Shown here: in pieces, positions 19,987-27,994 of the stretch | How the letters are laid out: every line of letters starts with the position of its first letter | Position numbering within the stretch: position 1 is the stretch's first letter | Assembly: GCA_937954085.1 (NCBI GenBank) | Contig: CALGAK010000124.1 | Coordinates: 1,278-65,277, forward strand | Source: an uncultured Bacteroidota bacterium | GTDB taxonomy: Bacteria > Bacteroidota > Bacteroidia > Bacteroidales > M50B96 | Reading direction: 5' to 3' | DNA length: 64,000 nt | Made by a program: the position numbers and the translations under genes | The notes under the pieces: generated by a model | Databases searched by the model: none | What the model was told of the DNA's origin: nothing | What the model saw: the letters and a program-made list of their open reading frames with translations, nothing else

Positions 19987-22900
19987 ATGCTCTCTAACCC
20001 TCAGCTTTCCAACCTTACATGGAACCCTATTAAAAGCTTTCCCTTTTTAGTTATAATCTTTTTTGTAGGATTGATTCATACGAGCCAGGCTCAGGATTAT
20101 TTTCAGCAAGAAGTAAATTATCGAATCGAAGTCGAGCTCTTGCCCGACACCAAATCGTTATCCGGTTTTATCGAAATCGAATACCTCAACCAAAGTCCGG
20201 ATACACTCGCTGAATTGTATTTCCATTTGTGGCCGAATGCCTTTAAGAACGAACATACTGCTTTTGCCAAGCAACAAGTGCAGCAAAAATCCCTCAATTT
20301 CCAATTTTCGAAAGAAGAAGATCGTGGTTATATCGACAGCCTTGTCTTTAAAGCAAACGACGAAAACCTCACCTGGAACTATCACCCAAAGCACATCGAC
20401 ATTGCTCTGCTTGCGTTAGCCACTCCGCTGGCTCCAGGCGATCGGGTAACCATTACTACTCCTTTTTATGTAAAGATCCCGAAGACCTTTTCCCGCTTGG
20501 GAGCTTCCCGAGTAGAAGAAGCCTATCAGATTACCCAGTGGTATCCCAAACCTGCTGTGTACGATTCCGAAGGCTGGCATCCGATGCCTTACTTGAGCCT
20601 TGGCGAATTTTACAGCGAATTTGGTCGGTTCGATGTAAGCATTAACGTCCCCTCCGACTACGTAGTTGCTGCAGCCGGAAACTTGTTGAACGAGGAGGAA
20701 GCCGCTTGGCTCGATGCAATGGCCAATTGGAATGGTCCCGAAGAACTTCCGAAAAACCCTTCGCTCAATCCGAGAAAAACGCTTCGCTATGTGCTTGAAA
20801 ACAGTCACGATTTCGCCTGGTTTGCGAACCCCGATTTCATGGTCAAAAAAGGAACGGTCGAACTACCCGATGGTGTACGCACCGTAGAATCCTGGGCCTT
20901 TTATCTTCCTAAAAACGAAAAAGCATGGAAAGATGCACTCGCATACATCCACGATGGAGTGTATTATCAGTCTCTTTGGAATTTTCCCTATCCCTATGAG
21001 CAATGCATTGCCGTAGATGGCGATTTAACTGCAGGAGGAGGGATGGAGTATCCGGGAATTACAATTATTAGTAGCTTTTCCGACGACCTGCGCTCCCTTT
21101 TCTTTCACGAGATTGGACACAATTGGTTTTATGGCATGGCCGGATTTAACGAGCGACGCTACCCTTATCTCGACGAGGGATTAACCACCTTCAATCAGGT
21201 TCGCTACGAGAATGAAATCCTCAAACGAAAAATTGCTGAAAATGCCGACGATTTTAACATCCAACCCATTTTGAATTTCTTCGACATACAGAATTATCGC
21301 GTAAACGATTTGTATGCAACTGTTTGGCGATACATCGACCGAACAGAAAACAGGCAGGCTGCCAACACCCATTCGGAGCAATTTAACTCGATGAACTACA
21401 GCCTCATAGCCTATTACAAAATGGCTTTTGCCTGGGAGTTTTTGAAAGAATACATTGGAGATGAAGAGTTTGACCGCGGTATGCATGAGTTCTTCGAAGC
21501 ATGGGCCTTCAAGCATCCACAACCTCATCACCTGCAAGCCTCGCTCGAAGCCGCGTGGAATCAGCCACTGGATTGGTTCTTTGTCGATCTGCTTCAAAAA
21601 GAAAGTCACATCGACTATAAGCCGGTTATGATGTTTGGAAACGAAGTCCAAGTGAGTAATTATGGTTCGGTGGCTGCACCTTTCTACCTGCTGGGTCTGA
21701 ACGAAAAGGACACCATCATTTCACGCTGGGAACCGGGGCATTTGGGCAACCGTGGCATCGAAATGCCCGAAGAGGTTAGCGAAATCATCATCAATCCCGG
21801 GCTTACCGGAATGGATCTTTTTCCTCAAAATAACCGACTGGTGGTCGACTCCTGGCTTGGCCGACGCGAGGTTCGGCTGCGACCCATCGGAGGATTGGAA
21901 GTTCCTCATAAAAAACACCTTTACCTCTCTCCTATCATAGGTGTTAATGGTAGGAATGGCCTCATGACCGGTTTTGGCTTTTCGAACCATTTTCTGATGA
22001 AACGAAAAACTGAGTTCGAGTTTTATCCGGTTTATGGTTTTGAATCACGCTCCATTGGAGGGAAAGCCGCCTTACGTTTTCATCCTCACCATCGATGGAA
22101 TTTGGGGCTTGAAGGGAAACGTTTTGCAACCATGCACGACCATTACGAACGACTCCGTGCATACGTCGAATATCAGCATCCAATTCACTTACCCACACGC
22201 AACTACCTCGATTTTCGACTGGAAATGAATTCAGTGGACTGGAACCTCTTTGCCTTGTATTTCGACCTTCGATTCATGCTTACCCACCGATACGAAACGG
22301 CTTTATCGAAAGTGAATACTCAGTTCCAGGTTATTTTTAACACTGATTATCAACGAGTACAGATTGAATCTACTTACGAAAGGCTACTAAATTCCTGGAA
22401 AGATAAACTATCCGCCCGATTCTTTGCCGGTGCAAACGCATACCCGGCATTCGTATCAGCAAACCACTTCGATGAGCTTATAGCTCCCTACGACTTATCG
22501 CTCACCGGAAGTTTACCCTACACCGATTACCGCGCCGATTATTATTTCTTCGCTCGCGAATCGGTTTACTTTCCATCCAACAGTTTGCTGTACACCAATA
22601 ATCCGGTACCTATCCCGGTAAACAACTTTTGGAATCAGCAATTTGCCGAAACCGAAGGCGGGTTCTATGGCAACTATGGATTTTTACCGGCTAACCGCGC
22701 ATTGGCAAGTTTTGGTCTTAAGTATCACTCCGGACTTCTCAAAGTGGTGAATCTATTTGCTAATGTAGGTTTGAATCAGTTCGATTACAATCCGTATGCA
22801 ATGCCTCCCCAATGGGCCAATCTCTTGAAAAACAACAACCTCAACTATTTCTACGAAGGAGGAATTGAACTGGCGCTTATTCCCAATGTTCTGAGCATTT

Positions 22901-23043
22901 ATTATCCGGTGGTTGCTTCGGATAACTTAGTTCAAATTCAGGAAGCTTCGGGAATTAACAGCTGGGAAAAAGTTCGATTCCAATTGCGCTTCGATCAAAT
23001 CGACCCACTCGTTTGGATACGTAAGGCACATCGTTATTTCTAA
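19987..23043 (+). CDS. M1-family zinc metallopeptidase with a long beta-barrel-like C-terminal half
   Basis: GGMEYPG (a GxMEN variant), HEIGHNWFYG followed by LDEGLTTF (HExxH-x18-E), and a signal peptide. About 400 C-terminal residues are strand-like and end in ...KAHRYF. Confidence 0.75.
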   Translation: MLSNPQLSNLTWNPIKSFPFLVIIFFVGLIHTSQAQDYFQQEVNYRIEVELLPDTKSLSGFIEIEYLNQSPDTLAELYFHLWPNAFKNEHTAFAKQQVQQKSLNFQFSKEEDRGYIDSLVFKANDENLTWNYHPKHIDIALLALATPLAPGDRVTITTPFYVKIPKTFSRLGASRVEEAYQITQWYPKPAVYDSEGWHPMPYLSLGEFYSEFGRFDVSINVPSDYVVAAAGNLLNEEEAAWLDAMANWNGPEELPKNPSLNPRKTLRYVLENSHDFAWFANPDFMVKKGTVELPDGVRTVESWAFYLPKNEKAWKDALAYIHDGVYYQSLWNFPYPYEQCIAVDGDLTAGGGMEYPGITIISSFSDDLRSLFFHEIGHNWFYGMAGFNERRYPYLDEGLTTFNQVRYENEILKRKIAENADDFNIQPILNFFDIQNYRVNDLYATVWRYIDRTENRQAANTHSEQFNSMNYSLIAYYKMAFAWEFLKEYIGDEEFDRGMHEFFEAWAFKHPQPHHLQASLEAAWNQPLDWFFVDLLQKESHIDYKPVMMFGNEVQVSNYGSVAAPFYLLGLNEKDTIISRWEPGHLGNRGIEMPEEVSEIIINPGLTGMDLFPQNNRLVVDSWLGRREVRLRPIGGLEVPHKKHLYLSPIIGVNGRNGLMTGFGFSNHFLMKRKTEFEFYPVYGFESRSIGGKAALRFHPHHRWNLGLEGKRFATMHDHYERLRAYVEYQHPIHLPTRNYLDFRLEMNSVDWNLFALYFDLRFMLTHRYETALSKVNTQFQVIFNTDYQRVQIESTYERLLNSWKDKLSARFFAGANAYPAFVSANHFDELIAPYDLSLTGSLPYTDYRADYYFFARESVYFPSNSLLYTNNPVPIPVNNFWNQQFAETEGGFYGNYGFLPANRALASFGLKYHSGLLKVVNLFANVGLNQFDYNPYAMPPQWANLLKNNNLNYFYEGGIELALIPNVLSIYYPVVASDNLVQIQEASGINSWEKVRFQLRFDQIDPLVWIRKAHRYF

Positions 23044-23232
23044 GTTGGCAATTATGTGAATACAGCCCTGCATAGAAAAAAGAACATTTGATATTGGTGT
23101 CATATTCACAATTGCAATGGTTTTAATCAATTTGATGTGCTTGAAAAAACTTCAATATTTATGTTTATTTTAATTGTAGTATTTTCCATTTTTTGGGGTC
23201 ATTATTCCGAGCTAAAGTTGAAGAAAGCCACC

Positions 23233-23295
23233 AAATCTCTCACAGTTGTGAGAGATTTGAATATCTCTGATTTCTCTCACAGTTGTGAGACATTT
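23233..23295. promoter_or_regulatory. Two copies of a palindromic operator-like element upstream of the DUF1016 nuclease gene
   Basis: Copy 1 is aaatctctcac-agtt-gtgagagattt (23233-23258, 11-bp perfect arms). The core tctctcacagttgtgaga recurs identically at 23273-23290, 37 bp downstream and about 20 nt before the ATG. Confidence 0.5.
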
Positions 23296-23310
23296 TAAAT
23301 AGATTTGAGA

Positions 23311-24381
23311 ATGACTAAATTATCAGCATACAACAATTTCTTCGATCAAATAATCGACACAATTAATTCAGCACGATATTATGCATTCAAGTCTGTGAAT
23401 AAGTTCCACATTGGACAGAATTTTGAAATTGGCAGAATAATCGTAGAAAATCAAGAAAAGAATAAGTGGGGACAATCTATAGTTGATACTTTGTCGAAAG
23501 ACATTAATAAACAAATAGATGGAATTAAAGGCTATTCTCCTCAGAATCTATGGAGAATGAGACAGTTTTACCTGGAATATATGAATGAGCCCGAACTTTT
23601 AAGAATGGCAATGAAAATTCCATGGGGACAAAACATGCTGATTATTCAACAACTGAAAAACAATAAGGAACGAAAGTACTATTTGCAAGCAACCGACAAA
23701 TTAGGATGGAGCCGTGCCGTTTTGCTTAATCAGATTAAAGCAAATGCATATCAGCAACATTTTACTAGTAAAAAATCAAGCAATTTTAATAAAGTTCTTC
23801 CTGTACATCTTTCAGAACAGGCGAACGAAGCACTAAAAAGCGAATATAACCTTGATTTTCTAGGAATTACAAAGCCTATTTTGGAGAAAGAGTTAGAGAA
23901 CAGACTGATTGAAAATATCAGAGACTTGCTTTTAGAGCTAGGCTACGGATTTAGTTTTATAGGAAATCAATACAGATTGAAACTTAATCAAAAAGAGTAC
24001 TTTATTGACTTGTTATTCTATCACAGAATTTTGAAATGCTTGATTGCTATTGAATTAAAAACAGTTGAATTTGAACCTGAATTTGCTGGTAAAATGAACT
24101 TTTACTTGGAACTTTTGGACGAACAGGAAAAACAAGCAGACGACAATCCTTCTATAGGAATAATACTATGTCCAATAAAAGATAATCTTGAAGTTGAATA
24201 TGCTTTAAGAACAAGCAACAAACCAATTGGCGTTTCAGAATACAAACTAACGCATCGGTTACCAGAAAAATATAAAGGGAAAGTACCAACATCGAAAGAA
24301 TTAAAACAAATGCTAACAAAGGCCATTCGTAATGTAGGTGGAAGTGGCGATTTGAATGGAGGCACAAGAAATGAGCCTTAG
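23311..24381 (+). CDS. PD-(D/E)xK nuclease, DUF1016/YhcG family
   Basis: The N-terminal region YNNFFDQIIDTINSARYYAFKSVN...GYSPQNLWRMRQFYLEY is typical of the YhcG N-domain. The nuclease core is FIDLLFYH...LIAIELK (D at 24007, ExK at 24052-24060). Start trimmed to the ATG at 23311, because 23305 is a TTG. Confidence 0.8.
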   Translation: MTKLSAYNNFFDQIIDTINSARYYAFKSVNKFHIGQNFEIGRIIVENQEKNKWGQSIVDTLSKDINKQIDGIKGYSPQNLWRMRQFYLEYMNEPELLRMAMKIPWGQNMLIIQQLKNNKERKYYLQATDKLGWSRAVLLNQIKANAYQQHFTSKKSSNFNKVLPVHLSEQANEALKSEYNLDFLGITKPILEKELENRLIENIRDLLLELGYGFSFIGNQYRLKLNQKEYFIDLLFYHRILKCLIAIELKTVEFEPEFAGKMNFYLELLDEQEKQADDNPSIGIILCPIKDNLEVEYALRTSNKPIGVSEYKLTHRLPEKYKGKVPTSKELKQMLTKAIRNVGGSGDLNGGTRNEP

Positions 24382-24437
24382 CAGTCCATTGGAAAAGATG
24401 TGGAAATAAATACTGTTCAACACATAGCCTGAACCAC

Positions 24438-25214
24438 ATGAGTCAAAAAATATACTTCATCTCCGATTTACATCTTGGTCTCGACGAACCTACTGTCGGA
24501 CGTGAGCGAGAACGCCTTATTGTTTCCTGGTTGGATGAAATAAAATCGGATGCAGCAGAGCTATTCCTGCTTGGCGATGTGTTCGACTTTTGGTACGAAT
24601 ACAAAAAAGTGATCCTGAAAGGACATACACGTTTCCTCGGGAAACTAGCAGAGATAAGCGACTCCGGCATTCCAATTCATTACTTCATTGGCAACCACGA
24701 CCTCTGGGCAAAAAACTATTTGACCGAAGAGTTGGGTGTAAAAATTTACCAGGAACCGGAAGTATTCGACCGAATGGGCAAAAAAATATTCATCGGCCAT
24801 GGCGATGGGCTCGGACCAGCCGATCATCAATATAAATTTCTGAAGAAAATTTTCACCAATCCCTTTCTTCAATGGGCCTTCCGTTGGCTACACCCCGATA
24901 TTGGGGTCTGGTTGGCACACTCTTGGTCGCATAAAAGCCGCTACCAATACCACAATGTGCGGAGCTTTGGCGGCGAGCAAGAATGGCTGATCCAATTTGC
25001 CCGCGAAGAATTACGCAAGGAACACTATGACTATTTTCTGTTCGGTCACCGACATTATCCCATTCATTACCCGCTCAACGAGCAAAGTACCTACATCAAT
25101 CTGGGCGATTGGCTCACGCAATTTCATTATGCCTGCCTCGACCCTAGCGGAATGGAACTAAAACGCTACGAACCAGGGAAAGACTGGTTAGCCTCTCAAC
25201 CCCCAAAACCCTAA
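24438..25214 (+). CDS. lpxH: UDP-2,3-diacylglucosamine diphosphatase (LpxH-type metallophosphoesterase)
   Basis: Calcineurin-like motifs ISDLHLG, LGDVFDFW, GNHD, GHGD and GHRH, with the size (258 aa) expected of LpxH. Confidence 0.7.
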   Translation: MSQKIYFISDLHLGLDEPTVGRERERLIVSWLDEIKSDAAELFLLGDVFDFWYEYKKVILKGHTRFLGKLAEISDSGIPIHYFIGNHDLWAKNYLTEELGVKIYQEPEVFDRMGKKIFIGHGDGLGPADHQYKFLKKIFTNPFLQWAFRWLHPDIGVWLAHSWSHKSRYQYHNVRSFGGEQEWLIQFAREELRKEHYDYFLFGHRHYPIHYPLNEQSTYINLGDWLTQFHYACLDPSGMELKRYEPGKDWLASQPPKP

Positions 25215-26185
25215 TCGGAAAAATAGGCAGCTGCCTCGCTCAAATCCAAGTAAGGATGAGCTGCCTGCAACTCCTGAATCTTTTTCCGATAACTCGCTTT
25301 AAATTTACGATGTGCCTCCGACTCAGGAAAAAACACCCGATGTTGCATGGCCTGCGCAATTTTACCAACCTCTCGAGCCAAGAAAAGTGTTTCGTCCGTA
25401 AAATACGATTGTGCAAACCGGTTGTATAAATGATTCACCGCCATAGCCGACGGATGCAAGAGATCGTCGGCATAAAAGCGATAATCGCGCAACTCGTCGA
25501 GCATCACTTCGTACGAGGGGAAATAATACAGGTTGGAGAATTTACCGATTACTTTTTCGATACTTAAAAGCAAATGCGCTTTGCTGATTTGATTTGCATG
25601 AGCACCATCTTTCCAGTGCCTCACCGGCGAAACGGTAAAAATGATAATCAGCTTAGGGAACATGGCTCGGAGCCAGGAAATCAATCCTTCTAATCGTACG
25701 CTCAATTCATCTACCTCGACCAAACGATGACGAAATTCACGTGCCGGCAACTTGTGACAATTCGCAACCAGCTCATCGGTCGTCAACCACTCATAAACCC
25801 TGGCCGTTCCAAAACTGAGTATCAGCACGTCGGGTTGCGAAAAATCTTCCCGAAACCGAACCAACCGATCGTTTATTCCCGATAGGCAGGCTTCGGCCGA
25901 CAAAGACGAAAAATGGGTATGATGATCAAAACTAAAATAGAGCTCCCCATTTTGGTGTAAATCTTCCGGTCGATAAATTTTATCGGAATACAAAACCCGA
26001 AGTGTTCGTTCAATGCTTAAGGGATTATAAAGCACTCCATGCGGATTTACCATAACCGAGAACCCCTGCTCCCGAAGTTTTCGTCCAATGTTGTCGGTAA
26101 AACAAGAGCCCAATAACACCATCCGTTGTCGATGATGAAGGAGTCCGGGATTCGATGGGATGGAAACAGAAGTAGTCCATTGCAT
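25211..26185 (-). CDS. GSCFA-domain protein (SGNH-like; function unknown)
   Basis: The eponymous motif LLGSCFTDNIG lies near the N-terminus. 324 aa. Confidence 0.75.
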   Translation of the reverse strand: MQWTTSVSIPSNPGLLHHRQRMVLLGSCFTDNIGRKLREQGFSVMVNPHGVLYNPLSIERTLRVLYSDKIYRPEDLHQNGELYFSFDHHTHFSSLSAEACLSGINDRLVRFREDFSQPDVLILSFGTARVYEWLTTDELVANCHKLPAREFRHRLVEVDELSVRLEGLISWLRAMFPKLIIIFTVSPVRHWKDGAHANQISKAHLLLSIEKVIGKFSNLYYFPSYEVMLDELRDYRFYADDLLHPSAMAVNHLYNRFAQSYFTDETLFLAREVGKIAQAMQHRVFFPESEAHRKFKASYRKKIQELQAAHPYLDLSEAAAYFSD

Positions 26186-26186
26186 A

Positions 26187-27020
26187 CTAGAGAGATTTTA
26201 GCCATTCGTTTAACCGTTCGAACAAATCCGATTGCGTCGTATCGTTGTGCAATTCGTGAAATCCTTCGGAATAGTCGTAAAAAGAAACCTGGTCCGGATG
26301 CTTGCTCGCAAATTGTTGCGAAGCCTCGAAGCTGGTAAGTGGGTCGAGCCGACTGTGAAACAAATACACCGGCAAGTTCAACGTAGCTTTTGGATGCAAC
26401 AAGCTCAATCCGGACTCGTAGAGCATCACAAAGCTGGCAATGCTAATGCGCCGATGGTTTAGCGGGTCGTTACGGTAATCGTCGCATACCGCCGAGATTG
26501 TCGACATGTGATTCGGATTCAGCCCGGAGTCGAGGCTAATTCCCCCGGCAAACCGATTTAAAGTTCTGGCTATTGCAATGAGCAATGCAGAGGGCTCCTC
26601 GACCAGTCGAATCCAGGGACTCGAAATAATAGCTCCCTTAAAAGAAGGATTCCGCTCCAACAAATACTGCAAAGCCAAGTTCCCGCCCATGCTGTGACCA
26701 TACAACACAAAACCTAATTCAGGATACAAGGCACGGAAATGCGCCTGAAGCTCTTCGAACAAATCCAGTAAATCGGCCAAGGAAGAAAAATGCCCCCGTT
26801 TACCCGTCGAACCACCATGCCCCGGAAGATCAAAACTAATCCAGGCAATGTGCTTCGAGAAAAAGCGACTGGCCCAAGGCAAGTAACGCCCAACATGCTC
26901 GCCCAATCCATGAATATGAAACACTAATAATTGCGGTTGGTCCGGGATTAGCGCATAGGTTTGAATTGTATCTCCTTTGCTGCTTTCCCATTTTTTTTGC
27001 TCAAATGAAAGCTCGCTCAT
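26187..27020 (-). CDS. Alpha/beta hydrolase (lysophospholipase / monoglyceride lipase-like)
   Basis: HGLGEH oxyanion region, nucleophile elbow GHSMGG, and a C-terminal HELHND-type His region. Confidence 0.7.
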   Translation of the reverse strand: MSELSFEQKKWESSKGDTIQTYALIPDQPQLLVFHIHGLGEHVGRYLPWASRFFSKHIAWISFDLPGHGGSTGKRGHFSSLADLLDLFEELQAHFRALYPELGFVLYGHSMGGNLALQYLLERNPSFKGAIISSPWIRLVEEPSALLIAIARTLNRFAGGISLDSGLNPNHMSTISAVCDDYRNDPLNHRRISIASFVMLYESGLSLLHPKATLNLPVYLFHSRLDPLTSFEASQQFASKHPDQVSFYDYSEGFHELHNDTTQSDLFERLNEWLKSL

Positions 27021-27106
27021 AACTATGATTTAGGTTTTAAAAATATCCATTTTTTCCGAAGCATTTTTTTTAGACTTTTGCCCTTCTTATCGCTAATAGT
27101 GAAGCC

Positions 27107-27886
27107 ATGCAGTTTATCGACACGCATTCCCATATTTACCTCGACGCATTCGACGACGATATTGAAGCCGTGATTGAACGGGCCAAAGGCATTGGCCTCA
27201 CGGCCATTCTTTTACCCAACATCGATTCCGAATCGATCGGACCCATGAATCGACTTACCGCTCAACATCCCCAATTTCTTTTTCCCATGATTGGCTTGCA
27301 TCCCACTTCGGTAAAAGAAAATTTCCGCGACGAATTGCAAATCGTGCGAAAAGAACTGGAATCCGGAAATTACCTAGCCGTGGGCGAAATCGGCATCGAC
27401 TTGTACTGGGATAAAAGCTTTCGACATGAACAAATGGACAGTTTTGCCCTGCAAATAAACTGGGCTCAAGAATTCAACTTGCCGTTTGTGATTCACTGCC
27501 GCGAAGCATTTCCCGAGGTATTCGAGGTTTTGGATCAACTAAGGCAAGCTCCATATCGAGGTATCTTCCATGCATTTACCGGCACGGTCGAGCAAGCGCA
27601 TCGAGCAATCGACTTGGGCTTTTTGCTTGGAATAGGAGGAGTGCTTAGCTATAAAAATGCCGGTTTAGCCGAAGTAATTCAACAAATCCCACTCGAACAC
27701 CTGGTACTCGAAACCGATGCTCCTTATCTACCTCCTGTGCCGCACCGTGGAAAACGAAACGAACCCGCCTTCATCCTGCATACAGCCGAAAAACTAGCAC
27801 TCATTCATCAAACCGATTTAATTCAGGTAGCTAACATCACCACACAAAACGCTCAAACGCTTTTTTTCCCTCGCATTGAGGCTTAA
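27107..27886 (+). CDS. tatD: TatD-family metal-dependent hydrolase
   Basis: FIDTHSH, GEIGIDLYW, VIHCREA and LETDAPYL motifs. Confidence 0.8.
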   Translation: MQFIDTHSHIYLDAFDDDIEAVIERAKGIGLTAILLPNIDSESIGPMNRLTAQHPQFLFPMIGLHPTSVKENFRDELQIVRKELESGNYLAVGEIGIDLYWDKSFRHEQMDSFALQINWAQEFNLPFVIHCREAFPEVFEVLDQLRQAPYRGIFHAFTGTVEQAHRAIDLGFLLGIGGVLSYKNAGLAEVIQQIPLEHLVLETDAPYLPPVPHRGKRNEPAFILHTAEKLALIHQTDLIQVANITTQNAQTLFFPRIEA

Positions 27887-27994
27887 GTCCCCCATAAATA
27901 GAATTTTAAGAAAAATTTCAATCCTTATTTAGGGCATCCGTGATTAATTAATATTTTAGTGAAAGTTTTTACAACCGTTTAATTCACATCATTT

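Noticed and set aside
20416-21651. 130-aa and 156-aa minus-strand ORFs inside the M1 peptidase gene
   Set aside because: These are shadow ORFs within a gene carrying clear HExxH/GxMEN motifs.
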